Notes: generated from the sequence alone by a model not told the origin. A DNA stretch of 63,535 bases, filler included, from Octopus bimaculoides (GCF_001194135.2; 6 parts of 6 records of this genome joined end to end with filler, not necessarily neighbours in it); one strand, 5' to 3'. Positions 37,231 to 50,800 are shown, counted from the first letter of the whole stretch. Numbers and translations are program-made.

Positions 37231-37549
37231 CTGGAAGAATGTTTGCCTCTCAAACCCTCTTTCATGGGGCCGAAGAGATGATAGTTCAGTGACGATAATA
37301 GTCCATTGACGAGGAAGTGAAAACTGTAGTGAATAAGTGGCTCAAAGAACAGTCAACAGAATTTTACAGGGCAGGGATACAAGCTCTCATTCGAAGGTGG
37401 AACATTGCTATTGAGAGAAACGGTGACTATGTTGAGAATTAGGGTTATGATTCAGAGGTCCAGCCTAATTTTGATGTATGATACATGTTCCCATGCTGGT
37501 AATTATACCTGTCCTAATCAAAATGGCATTACTTTTTAACTTACCCTCG
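37231..37549. mobile_element. Second copy (right half) of the foldback mariner family
   Basis: Has the same inversion junction (gaagagatgatagt-cagtgacg) and right arm as 23405-24033, and ends CCTCG-TA. Confidence 0.9.
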
Positions 37550-37623
37550 TAATTTTGCGTCACTCATTTGTGCTTAAATTACACGAATTTTGTTCTCTCT
37601 ATGCAATCCGTCTTTATATAGAA

Positions 37624-37800
37624 TATTCTTTTCTTCTCTAGGCACAAGGTCCGAGATTTTGGGGGTGGGGGCCAGTCGATTAGATCGACCTCAGTACGCA
37701 ATTGGTACTTGATCTATCGACCCAAAAAGGATGAATGGCAAAGCCAACCTCGGCGGAATTTGAACTCAGAGGTAAAGACAAAACGTAAATTACGCAGCAT
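37624..37800 (-). mobile_element. SINE family A (tail variant ii), head truncated
   Basis: attcttttcttctctaggcacaagg...cctcggcggaatttgaactcaga. Confidence 0.85.
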
Positions 37801-37859
37801 GATTTTTAGAGCGGCCATTCTTCTTCGGAATTCTCAGGTTTAGCCAGGCCACGATATTC

Positions 37860-38230
37860 TTATACCACAGCATGCATTGACTCAATGTTTTTGTCGTACG
37901 TTCTCGCAGAAGGGTGTTCAGATTCGTGATCGTCTTTGGCAGAGGTTCTTGCTCTTTTGAAACGCTAATGCATTCATTAAACTGTATACTGCTGGAAAAA
38001 AAAAACTCCCCCAAAGGTCTCTTGCAACATCAGAAATCTTCTTTGCCAAATATTTTCCCAACTTTATACAAAATTTTACGCAAGCGCATTGGCCTGCCAA
38101 ATCTTTCATTGGTCAACTCAAAACAAATGAACAGATGCACTAAATATACGTCCATTGTAGCACAAATAGATCGATGATTAAAACTGACATGGATTGATGC
38201 GGCGTTTATTTGACCGAAGGTCAATATGTT
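37860..38230 (-). mobile_element. Mariner 5' remnant (transposase N-terminus)
   Basis: MKDLAGQCACVKFCIKLGK, followed in a shifted frame by DDHESEHPSARTYDKNIE (EDD..SGRP-like). Confidence 0.75.
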
Positions 38231-38619
38231 TATACATACATACATACATACATGCACACACGCACACACGCACACAAATACGCGAGTTGTAAGTAGTCCA
38301 CGGGTTCACATACTTCGACTCAACCATCACGAACAGCGTTTCTCTATTGTCTAAGATCAACAAACTTATTGAATGAGCAACTAAGCTGACAAGCGTCTAA
38401 AGGAACAGCAAGCTAACAGCTACCGAGCGAGCCTGAGTCCTCACCATGATGCCTTATGGTTGAGAGATCTGGTACATTTACTTGCGATGAGTGCTGCATC
38501 TTCATTGCTTTCTTCTCACCTCTGCAGCTCGAAGTAGATTCTGTAGTCTTCAATAATTAGGATCTGGTACACACTCAGATATCCAGCCTCCTTAACCTAG
38601 TGCAACAGCAATAAATCGC

Positions 38620-38890
38620 CAATAGACCCATTAAAGACCAACTGTATGGTGGTGGACTGACTTTCAGCAAGATATACGAACACAAGCTATCTTCGTTTCA
38701 GAAATGTCAGTGATACTAAATCGCTGTACATGAACGCTGAGGGTTTGGAGGACATTGCTGGTGGTCGACGCCGCTGGAAACTAGAAATAGACAAGGGTTT
38801 AAGAAGATGGAAATAGAGATTCAGGATTGCTGAATCAACGCCCCCACCCCAAAGAGAAAAAAATGAACAGCACCTGAACAAGGCAGGTAG
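38620..38890 (+). mobile_element. RTE-clade LINE 3' fragment
   Basis: IKDQLYG, then YLRFRNVSDTKSLYMNAEGLEDIAGGRRRWKLEIDKGL, matching the RTE tail PKDLLYG...LRFKD..KRD...WE..A.DR..W. Confidence 0.7.
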
Positions 38891-40286
38891 ACAAAGCCTT
38901 TAATTACAGTCAATTTCTTTATTAACCATGAGGTCGGGAAAAAGAGGGGACGATACGAAGACAGACAAAATAAACATTAGGGTCAGGGGATCGAATGAGA
39001 CGAAACGTATGAACAAACAATTAAAATATATACAATTAAATGAGAATGAGTGATTTACAAAAAAATGAAGCGGAGGACGCGGTCGACCCCACAAACCACA
39101 TACTCATACTGAAGACTTTGCTTTTTCCTTTCTTTGTTCTCGTTTAGACAAGTTCTTTCATTCGCAACATACTTGCTACAGACTTCGCAGTCACTGGCAG
39201 CCGGGACTCTCATTCACTGTCACTCACTGTAACGCACTGTCACTCACATACAATCACAACAGATGCTGTTCTACAAGCAAGACCAAAGCAAGACTTTCCA
39301 GGAGCAAACCCATGGAGCAGACACGAGGTCTCGAAAGTGTAACGGATGCCTCCAGTCTGTGTGTGTGTGTGTGTCTATCTCTATGTGTGTTTATGTGTTT
39401 GTATGTCCGTGTGTCTGTTTCTGTGTATGTGTGTCCATATTCATTAAATGGCGGTTGACCTTATATCACATGACTGCCAACTTTATATAATTCACACGCA
39501 CGTGTGCGCACGCTCATACGCTTACATTCCAACTTCGGCTTTTATACACATACACACAGACGCAGCCAATGTTCTGTGTGTTTCTTAATTAATCATAATC
39601 AGCGGGTTCCGTTACGGGTGTACGCGGAAGTAAATCGACATGTGATTAAATGTGGGTCATGTTTGTCACTTGGGAGGATGTAGGATGGGAAGGATATTTA
39701 GGACGGATGAGAATTATAGGTTGACACCAGTTCCTAACCAGAAGCACTTATTGACTCGAAGAGAAGGGGGGGGAGCAAGGAACATTTTGATGTATATATC
39801 TTGTTTAATGTTTATATTTCTTTATTATTTTGTTAGTCTACATTTCCCGTTCATTGGGCTGCGACCATGTTGGGGCAACGCCTTCCAGGGTTTTAATTGA
39901 TTATATTAACAAAAATAAATATGTACCGAGATCAATTCATTGGACTAAGGATTCTTCAAGGCCGTGCTCCAGCATGGCCGCAGTCTAATGACTGAAAGAA
40001 ATAAGAATTATCTGAAATAGGATGGCTTCTAACGTATAGACCCGTATCAAAACCTAACATCGAAAAAACCAAACAAAAACAAGTGAAAATAAGTAGACCA
40101 TCGTCTCGCTAAATCTCTGTATTGTGTGTTGTTACCGATAGCGCTGTTTGTTTACGACATATTCATTCATTTACGGTTACTCGGGGAAAATATTTCATGT
40201 GTAAATTAACACAAACTTCTATTGTGTCAGACTTGTATTACAACTATAAAATTAAATTCCTGAAATATCCTAGGTTTCGTGTGCGT

Positions 40287-40302
40287 CGCGCGCGCGCGCG
40301 CG
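40287..40302. repeat. (CG)8 tract, potential Z-DNA
   Basis: Direct reading; rare in this AT-rich background. Confidence 0.8.
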
Positions 40303-42884
40303 TTTCCTTTTTTATTCATTCATTCATTTTTTTTTTGTTTTTGTTGTTATTTTTTACATACTTTCATAATGGCTGTGGACTACATTTTATCGTATATTTT
40401 GTCTGCAATGCAATATGCATTGTCGGACGTCAAACACACGTGATCCGTCTCCCGCATTCACACAAACTCACACACATGCTAGCTCGCGCACACACTCGTG
40501 CATACACGCACGCACACGCACACACACACACAAACACAAACATATTATACATATGAATGGCTCTTACGCACAGGCATATATAAATATATATATATATATA
40601 TTTATATATGTGTATTTGCGTGTGTGCATGTATGATTATGTATATGTAAGTGTGTAACTGTGAGTGCATACACACACACACACTCACACACGCACACACC
40701 CATACATTATATACCTACACATCCCTGTGTATGTGTGCATGTATATGTTTGTGTGTGTGCGTGCGTGTGTCTATATATATATATTTATGTATGCAAAAGT
40801 GTAAAAAACTATTAATTTCACAGAAATAATAATAAAGCAAAAAAAGCCATCAGTTGTTGCGTTCTTTTGTTTCGTCTCAGTCCAGGCACAATGGAGGAAC
40901 ACGTATACAACGAAAGACGTTCCAGCCATGGCAATCCCGTCTTATATTCTGAGATAGTTTATTGTATACAAGAGTATCGAATGTGCTCTGCGAATTTTTT
41001 TCTCAAGACACTCAGGTGTGTGCGGAGAGTGGTTTAGCTGCTATCTCTAGCAGTAAGTCCGACTGAATAACAGCTCAATCGGTGTTTCGGCGTCGTCGTC
41101 GTCGCCGCCACTGCCTTCATCGTCGTTGCTGCAGTTGTTGTTATTTAACCCCAGGTCAGCACTGATAGGTTAGTCCCATGGAGAAAACTATTTTACTTCT
41201 AATTCCAGTCTTTACGTGTTTTCTTTTTTCTTTTCTTCTTTTTTAATCTCCTGGCATGGTATTCCTAGAGTTATATTATTCAATGTAACCTTAGACATGT
41301 TTCCTAAGAAAGTAGAGCAGGATTTCAAGAAACTTTGGAAAGAGAATCTAGGGAACAGATGCTCGGAGATTTTTTGTTTTTTTTTACTCCCTTTCGTGGA
41401 TCACAAGTGCGTAAGAACTTCCAAAGATGAAACATCTAAATGAAATAATGAATTTTAATTTTACACATCAGAGACATGCAATACATATTTAATTACCGTT
41501 AGGATCTTAAAGATTGTACTATTTAGTTTTTATACCCTTGGGTTCTTTAAAAAATATTTTATCAGTTAGGGGTTTCAAATTTAGATGTTTGCTCAATTTC
41601 CCTTGCGGACGAGATGTTTTTTTTTTTTTTTTAATCGTGGACTTAGAGAATTTATCGTTGGTCTACATAGATTTGGAATGATGTGGGAACCGAATATTTT
41701 TCTTTCTTTTATAGCTGCAGCTGAAGAACTGCGGCCATGCTGGGGCACCACCGTCAGTTTTGCTACGCTTTCACTACTTGATGCATAACTCCTCCGATAT
41801 GCAACATTTGGCGGATGAGGGTGTTTGATGTTTCTGCCCTCATCTGTGTTTCCTGCTTTGAGGTGGGTTCAGCCGGAACTCTTGACTGGAGAATATCCAG
41901 TTCTGTTTCGAAGACACCTACATCCACCACATGTTGGTCTCTCAGGCGTTTTGAGAGGATATTGAAGAGCACTATTTGGTTAAAGGGGAGAAAAAATTTC
42001 TCACGAATATTGTCTGATAATTAATGGATTTAGAAAAAAAAAAGTATTGCAAGGAAGCTGGTGATTATTCGGTAAAATGAAATAAGTTTTTGGTGGTGCT
42101 GGTGGAGAGGGATAATTCGCACATTTGGAGCAGAACCGTTCTTGGAAGGATAAATAAAAAAGAAAATAATGTATTATTTNNNNNNNNNNNNNNNNNNNNN
42201 NNNNNNNNNNNNNNNNNNNNNNNNNNNNNNNNNNNNNNNNNNNNNNNNNNNNNNNNNNNNNNNNNNNNNNNNNNNNNNNNNNNNNNNNNNNNNNNNNNNN
42301 NNNNNNNNNNNNNNNNNNNNNNNNNNNNNNNNNNNNNNNNNNNNNNNNNNNNNNNNNNNNNNNNNNNNNNNNNNNNNNNNNNNNNNNNNNNNNNNNNNNN
42401 NNNNNNNNNNNNNNNNNNNNNNNNNNNNNNNNNNNNNNNNNNNNNNNNNNNNNNNNNNNNNNNNNNNNNNNNNNNNNNNNNNNNNNNNNNNNNNNNNNNN
42501 NNNNNNNNNNNNNNNNNNNNNNNNNNNNNNNNNNNNNNNNNNNNNNNNNNNNNNNNNNNNNNNNNNNNNNNNNNNNNNNNNNNNNNNNNNNNNNNNNNNN
42601 NNNNNNNNNNNNNNNNNNNNNNNNNNNNNNNNNNNNNNNNNNNNNNNNNNNNNNNNNNNNNNNNNNNNNNNNNNNNNNNNNNNNNNNNNNNNNNNNNNNN
42701 NNNNNNNNNNNNNNNNNNNNNNNNNNNNNNNNNNNNNNNNNNNNNNNNNNNNNNNNNNNNNNNNNNNNNNNNNNNNNNNNNNNNNNNNNNNNNNNNNNNN
42801 NNNNNNNNNNNNNNNNNNNNNNNNNNNNNNNNNNNNNNNNNNNNNNNNNNNNNNNNNNNNNNNNNNNNNNNNNNNNNNNNNNNN

Positions 42885-42937
<53 letters not shown>

Positions 42938-43269
42938 GTATGTATGTATGTGTGTGTATATAAACATACATACATACATACATACTGTATGCGTGTTTTA
43001 TATGTTTGCGCGCTCTATTTCCGTTATTAACTTAGAATATTGAAACCATTATGGCCATTACTCTCGTTGGTTGTCTTAAGATGGCATTTCAAAGACTGTA
43101 AACTTTAAAATATATATATACATATATATATCTATATGTTTTAACATAAGAAAAAGAAAAACGAAACCCAAAATATATCAACTAAAAAATGCATACGTGA
43201 ATAAATAAATACGTACAAACATTGTTATATATGTTTATGCCTATATATATGTGTGTGTGTGTATGTGTA

Positions 43270-43340
<71 letters not shown>

Positions 43341-44489
43341 GTGTGTATATATGTGTGTGTGTATGTATATATATATGTTTATATATAAATGTATGTGTGT
43401 GGATGGATGGATGTATTTATATGCGTGCGTGTCTACATAATTATACCTTATAAAACCTTCGCATCCTATATATCATATCTAAATTTGTCTCTCTCTGGCT
43501 TTTCTCCTTTCAGAATCGTACGCTGTTATTCGCCATTTATAATTTATTCATCAAGGTAAATGAAACTCCTACTTACTTTCTCTGGCATGTATGGACGTTT
43601 GTATGTCCGTTGCTATTATAGTGTGTGTGTGCGCGCGTGTCTGTATGTATGTGTGTGTAGGGATGTGTCCACTTTTTCCTATGTATGTGTGCAAATATAG
43701 GCGTGTGTTAGTAACTTTTTTTTTTCCTTTGAGCTTTCTTTTATGCTTTCTCTATTCAATTTAGTCTATTTTTACACAGACCAAATATTATCATTGCTTA
43801 TTGAGTATCAAATAATTCTGTCTGTCGATTTTCAAAGTATTCCACAAATTGATCAAATCGTACACGAAAGTTCCGCCATATTTCTTCTGTGTTCTTTCCT
43901 TGTTACGACATATATAGAAGGGCGCGCGAGCGACGCGCGCACATACAAACGCACATATACACATATGCATATGTGTAGATTGATATGTACGCCTGCATAT
44001 TCATATATACATAAACACTTGTATACATACATATTATAAATGATATATATATATATATATATATATAGGTATTATAGACCCATTATACGTAGAACCTGAA
44101 TAAAACAAGATAGCATGCGAGTCTTAAGATATAAACTGCCGACCTAAGCACATCATCGTCCGTATTGCTCCTCGTTCCTTAACCAAGAGCAATAAGAACG
44201 ATGATCATGTTCCCGCAGGGAATACTAACAGGCTCTCTCTCTCTGACTGATGTTCACTACAAACTTTGAAGTTCCACTGGGTTATCCTGGACATCAATGT
44301 TGTTGTCTTGTTGCTACCCGCAACAGTTCCCAGTTCCAGCGCAGATAATTCCAATCTTTCTAACTTCATCTTCCAAGAGTCACACTCAAATACCCCAGAC
44401 GCCTTACACAAATTTCCACTCGTACCATGGACAGACAGATGGCGCGGATCTCCTACGCAGTCACTTCATCATTGTCATCGTCATCGTCG

Positions 44490-44531
<42 letters not shown>

Positions 44532-44730
44532 CCATCGGGTCGAATTTGCTTGGATGCACGCAATCCAGATCCTCCGACTATTTTCATCATTCATGTCACG
44601 TGATCGTTCCTCCCGGCGACACCCAGTGTTACTTCTTTACCTATCGACACTTGTCTCCGAAAGATGACTCGGCTTGGTGGTCACAGCTTACCTATTTTGG
44701 ACATCTCGATATCTATGTATACTTTCGTAA

Positions 44731-44763
<33 letters not shown>

Positions 44764-44863
44764 NNNNNNNNNNNNNNNNNNNNNNNNNNNNNNNNNNNNN
44801 NNNNNNNTTAATTAATTAANNNNNNNNNNNNNNNNNNNNNNNNNNNNNNNNNNNNNNNNNNNN

Positions 44864-45115
44864 CTCTTTCACCACAACTTTCTCTCACTCTTACTTCCTG
44901 TTTCTGTTGTGCCTGTAATTCAAAGGGTCAGCCTTGTCACACTGTGTCACGCTGAATATCCCCGAGAACTACGTTAAGGGTACACGTGTCTGTGGAGTGC
45001 TCAGCCACTTGCACGTTAATTTCAAGAGCAGGCTGTTCCGTTGATCGGATCAACTGGAACCCTCGACGTCGTAAGCGACAGAGTGCCAACAACAACAACA
45101 ACAACAATCTAAAAC
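44864..45115 (+). mobile_element. SINE family C, 3' part with (CAA)n tail
   Basis: Near-identical to 61850-62070 (gtcacactgtgtcacgctgaatatccccgagaactac...gtgccaacaac). Confidence 0.9.
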
Positions 45116-46777
45116 GAGAATTTTTCTCAATGGCAATCCGCAGTAAAAAATGATATTTTTTTTTTCACTGGTCAAATGTGTCTCAAACATATTTGAATTG
45201 ATTTTAAAAAAATCTAACACTGGTACAAAGGCCACAAATTTGGTGAGGTAGGTCAGTTAATTATATCGACTCTAAGACGTTACTGCAACTTATTTAATTC
45301 ACCCCGAAAGGATGAAACACGAAGTTGACCGTGGTGGGATTTGAACTGAAAATGCACAGAATCCAACTAAATACTGTAAGGGGTTTTTGCCCGATGTTCT
45401 AACAATACTGCCAATTCAAATGACATCAGTGCGCATGTACAGCAAATACTTAAGCCTTTAATGAAGTAACAAGATTACAAGTTACAATGCGTAAATAGGA
45501 ATATATTTTCAGACATACAGAGGTGTGTATAAGCTAAACATTGAATGCATATAACGAAAGCGAAGATTAGGAGACAAAAATTCGACCGAAATACGAAGCT
45601 AACAGATTATGACTAACGAAATTAACAACACAATGACATCAAAGTCGAATATCAGAGAAGGAAACTATAAAAATTAACTGGAGAATTGAACAAAAAAAGA
45701 TGGACAGACATAAAGGCAAACAGAATACGATACGACACGATACAAAAACGTACATAAATAGGAAGACAACCGCCGCAGATGAGAAAAAGCAGAATGCGAC
45801 GACTTATAGTACAACTTTCAGATATGAACAATCAGAAATAGAAAAATTATGACAATTATCTTCTAAGATAAATTAACCAAGGATTCAGAATAATGTTGAT
45901 AACGAAGAAACATAAATATAACATAACATAATGGTACATTACACAGGAAGGATAGCAAATAAGGAAACAAAACAATAAAAAAAGAAATACAAACAAAATG
46001 ACTGATGTGAACAAAGAGAAAAAGCATAAAGGCGAAAATGAAGACAAAGAATATAACCTCCATTACCAGAAGTAGGAAACATAAAGAAGTGTCTAACAAA
46101 ATATTCACAACAATATAAACACAAATAAAGAGAAGAAATTAAACAGAAATGTGAGGGCGCCATATTATAAACTGTGAGAAGTAAACCGCACAATTACATG
46201 ACAGTGTGTCATATCAGAGACGAACAAAAAAAAAAAAAAAAAAAAAAAGAAAAAAAATGAGACCCCGCAGAAGGGGAAAAAAATAAATAACTGCAATAAA
46301 ATGGAGGAAGACTTAACAAAAGACGATACCCTTCTTCGATACACATGGTATTTTATACATTGATGTTCAACATTAGTTCAATTGATTTGGCACCGTATTC
46401 AGATTCATTCAAGCAAAGCTTACGTGTCATATAGCCCAGGTTGACCAACGCACGATCGCCATGAAGTGACCCAAGTTTGGAGAAATCGGTGACTCTATGT
46501 GTGTTCTACGATCTATGTCACGTCACCGGAGTATAAGAGTATAAGATGGTCTCTACCTCGTGGCTTACAGACTTGCAAGACCACAAAGCGAAACTAAGAT
46601 CATTATCATATTTACACACTTCACGCTTCCATAGCGATTCTCTTCTATTTCGCCCTTATGAAGGTGTTTTTCATTCCTCCCAATATTTGACAGAAATGAA
46701 TTTCGTGTATAGTTACCGTTCTTTAAGAAATTTCCAGTTCCTGTGATGAATCTCCACAGATGGCAATACCATTGGAA

Positions 46778-46945
46778 ATATTGATTTCAAAGTTTGGCAC
46801 AAGGCCAGCAAGTTGGGAGGAGAGAGTAAGTCGATTACATCGATCTCAGTGTTCGGTGGAATTTGAAACTCAGAACGTAAAGACGGACGAAATGCCGCTA
46901 AGCATTTTGCCCGGTGTGCTCACGATTCTGCCAGCTCGCCGTCTT
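46778..46945 (-). mobile_element. SINE family A with internal deletion
   Basis: Reverse complement head agacggcgagctggcagaatcgtgagcacaccgggc; tail aaacttgctggccttgtgccaaactttgaaatcaatatt-like. Confidence 0.85.
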
Positions 46946-47308
46946 TGTACCATTGTAAATATTACAACAAAACTCATTAAAAGAAGAATGGGGTCAATGT
47001 TTTTGATAATTTCCCTTTTTCCCTTTTAAAATTATTTCTGTCCTCTAAGTCTACTCACAGAATGAACCGGAAATTTCATTTAAAGGGGAAATTCTTTGAT
47101 CATTAATGAGAGGTCCTCACACACAACCAAAGGCTACAGTTCGTAAATTCATCGCGGTTTTATGCATCTCACTATTAACTTGAACTCACTAATAACTTGA
47201 ACAGCATTAGCTTGCCATATCTTCCTAAAAAACATTTTCGGGTGCCGCAGACAATCCCTGTTTGGAGGCATGAAATTATTCATATTCAACGGAAAAGAGT
47301 TGCAACTT

Positions 47309-47735
47309 AGACGCAGGAGTGACTGTGTGGTAAGTAGCTTGCTTAACAGCCACATAGTTCCGGGTTCAGTCCCACTGCGTGTCACCTTAGGTAAGTGTCT
47401 TCTACTATAGCCTCGGGCCGACCAAAGCCTTGTGAGTGGATTTGATAGACGGAAACTGAAAAGCCCGTCGTATATATGTATATGTATATATATATATATG
47501 TGTGAGTGTGTGTTTGTGTGTCTGTGTTTGTCCCCCCCAACATCGCTTGACAACCGATGCTGGTGTGTTTACGTCCCCGTAACTTAGCGGTTCGGCAAAA
47601 GAGACCGATAGAATAAGTACTAGGCTTACAAAGAATAAATCCTGGGTTCGATTTGCCCGACTAAAGGCGGTGCTCCAGCTTGGCCGAAGTCAAATAACTG
47701 AAACACGTAAGAGAGTAACAGAGAGTAAAAGAGTA
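47309..47735 (+). mobile_element. SINE family B, full-length young copy with candidate 22-bp TSD
   Basis: Complete head, internal microsatellite and (AAAAGAGT)-like tail. Direct repeats cggaaaagagttgcaacttaga (47290-47311) and cgaaaaagagttgcaacttaga (47772-47793). Confidence 0.95.
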
Positions 47736-49874
47736 TATTGGGTATTCAATCAACTGCAGTGTATTCTTCTACGAAAAAGAGTTGCAACTTAGAGCTTCAT
47801 TTCTTACCTTATCTCCTACTCAGTATCCTGTATAACATGGTTTTTTTTTAGGATTTCTCCTGGCGAGAGCAGAAAGCTATAAATTTATTTTCAGGCGCAA
47901 CACAGCAGTAAATGCTTGAACACAAGAAAATGGATTTACTTTAAGAAACAAAATTTATACAACGGCATCATTCATCAGATAACCGCAGTTTAGGTTGGCT
48001 ATCTTTATCCGAACCCGAATGATAGAAACCATTGAATCCTTTTAAATGCCAGTTTCATAAAATAAAAGATTGCTGTACGTCAGAATCATGTGACATAGCT
48101 ACGAAGAATGGCAGTTCTTTAATGCTCATGGTGTTTTCGACACACTGAAGCCAACCTTCTGATGTTCAACTGAATTTTAACCGTATTCAACTTCAAAAGC
48201 CTGGGAGATCGTGCGTTCGACCTGACTGTTCACCCCACGCTTGCCATTCAGTGATCTTAGTTTGGTAAGACCACTGACTATATCTGCTACTGTCTGTGAT
48301 AGTGGAGAGAACACACATACACACCACGCGCGCGCGCACGCACACACACACACACACACATCTAGGTGTTCCGTCTGCAGACGGACTGATGACCCCCTAC
48401 TAAAACAGAAATACTTGTCCATAACTGTTCTATTGTCTCCGGACATCCAGAGTAGGATTTCTTTAATAACAGAGAATTCTTAATTTCAGACAATTCTTGA
48501 TTCTTCAAGATAGCTCACTTTCTTAACGAGAAGGGGAGATAACTGGTCCAGCATGGTCACGATTCAATTACTGAAGGAAGTAAAGGAACAAAAGGCAGAA
48601 GGTACATATGGNNNNNNNNNNNNNNNNNNNNNNNNNNNNNNNNNNNNNNNNNNNNNNNNNNNNNNNNNNNNNNNNNNNNNNNNNNNNNNNNNNNNNNNNN
48701 NNNNNNNNNNNNNNNNNNNNNNNNNNNNNNNNNNNNNNNNNNNNNNNNNNNNNNNNNNNNNNNNNNNNNNNNNNNNNNNNNNNNNNNNNNNNNNNNNNNN
48801 NNNNNNNNNNNNNNNNNNNNNNNNNNNNNNNNNNNNNNNNNNNNNNNNNNNNNNNNNNNNNNNNNNNNNNNNNNNNNNNNNNNNNNNNNNNNNNNNNNNN
48901 NNNNNNNNNNNNNNNNNNNNNNNNNNNNNNNNNNNNNNNNNNNNNNNNNNNNNNNNNNNNNNNNNNNNNNNNNNNNNNNNNNNNNNNNNNNNNNNNNNNN
49001 NNNNNNNNNNNNNNNNNNNNNNNNNNNNNNNNNNNNNNNNNNNNNNNNNNNNNNNNNNNNNNNNNNNNNNNNNNNNNNNNNNNNNNNNNNNNNNNNNNNN
49101 NNNNNNNNNNNNNNNNNNNNNNNNNNNNNNNNNNNNNNNNNNNNNNNNNNNNNNNNNNNNNNNNNNNNNNNNNNNNNNNNNNNNNNNNNNNNNNNNNNNN
49201 NNNNNNNNNNNNNNNNNNNNNNNNNNNNNNNNNNNNNNNNNNNNNNNNNNNNNNNNNNNNNNNNNNNNNNNNNNNNNNNNNNNNNNNNNNNNNNNNNNNN
49301 NNNNNNNNNNNNNNNNNNNNNNNNNNNNNNNNNNNNNNNNNNNNNNNNNNNNNNNNNNNNNNNNNNNNNNNNNNNNNNNNNNNNNNNNNNNNNNNNNNNN
49401 NNNNNNNNNNNNNNNNNNNNNTATATATATATATATATATATGGAGAGGGTAGAGAGAGAGAGAAAGAGAGAGAATGAGATACATGAAGTGACTTTGAAC
49501 TTCCGACCTCCTAAGCCATCATCGGACTGTGGTACACCTTGACTATATATGGTCTGTGTTAAAAAGTTTTCTAGAGAAGGCTGAGCTCTGTTGAATGATG
49601 ATTAAGTTATAAGGTAGATTGTGATGAAGAGATGTTATGGAACGTTTTTATTGATTAAATTTGGGATCCCGTTATTCTTCAGAATTCATTCATCTATGTA
49701 GAACTGTTAATCAGATGTGTCTAGTTACGTGAATCAGCTTCAGCTCATGGGGTTGTTACAACATAAAAAGAAGCATTAGTATATATGGATGTGAAGGCGG
49801 CGAGCTGGTAGAATCGTTAGCGCGCCGGGAAAAATACAAGATGCCAGCACTACAATATAAAAACTAACAAGTAA

Positions 49875-50285
49875 TGGTATAAACATGTGCCAAACAAGGT
49901 ACATGGCAACGACCAAGCCACAATCATCTAGGATATGCATGTTCAAACTGACAAAGAAATCATAGCTAATCACCCAGACATAATTATCAAGGTTTGGAAA
50001 AACAACACTTCCTAACTGATAGACATTGTAATCACTTCTGACCAGAATATTACCCCAAAAGAAGTGGAATAATTGTCAAATTACAAAGATTTCGAAATTG
50101 AAGTATTCAAGATGTGGGGCATGAAAATAAAAACAACAGCATTGGAGCATTGAGTATGATACAAAAGACCCCCCAAAAAAACACGTATTAACAAAAACGT
50201 AGAAGCTATACCTAGACCCTCAACACTACACACCAGCCCTGCTAGGAACAACCATACCCTACACAAGACACTATCAGTTCGATAG
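49875..50285 (+). mobile_element. R4/Dong-like non-LTR retrotransposon 3' fragment (restriction-like endonuclease)
   Basis: WYKHVPNKVHGNDQATII*DMHVQTDKEIIANHPDIIIK...LIDIVITSDQNITPKEVE*LSNYKDFEIEVFKMWGMK, the RPD-D-K RLE signature, with stops. Confidence 0.85.
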
Positions 50286-50800
50286 CCCAAATAAAGCAAT
50301 CCACAAACACAAGACATTCTATACTGTAAATATCCAATGAAATAAACTACCCCCACAACATCTACTCAACAGGTCGGATACCCAACAGAAGAACAAAACT
50401 CGCATTACACACATTACACACAATATAAATACTAATCAGTGGCGGATCCTGTGTAGGAAATATACCCTATTTCCAATCGATATTATCGATAACATTCAAT
50501 ATAATGAGTCCTTTTTTCTTTAACTCTTTCTTCATACTTGTACATTATATAATCCTTAAGCTTAATGTCAGTAGCCATCCCCTAGTTTATGAAAAAATAC
50601 AAAAATCCTTGTATAGTTCCAGCGACGTAGTGTTTGGCTGTTGTGCGCATGCTCACATGTCCGAGATAGGAAGCTTCACATTAGGAAGATAGAGCACTGC
50701 GTGAACGGCAGTGCCGGGTGAAAGGTAATGTTTCTTTTTGACTCTGCGTGTGTTGTGCTTAAAAACCTGTTTATATTCTTGAATGTGATAAAGTGTAGAA

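Noticed and set aside
38528-38604. Minus-strand exon-like segment VKEAGYLSVYQILIIEDYRIYFELQ with AG|gtgaga
   Set aside because: It is isolated, abuts an RTE fragment, and has no phase-linked partner or recognisable homology.
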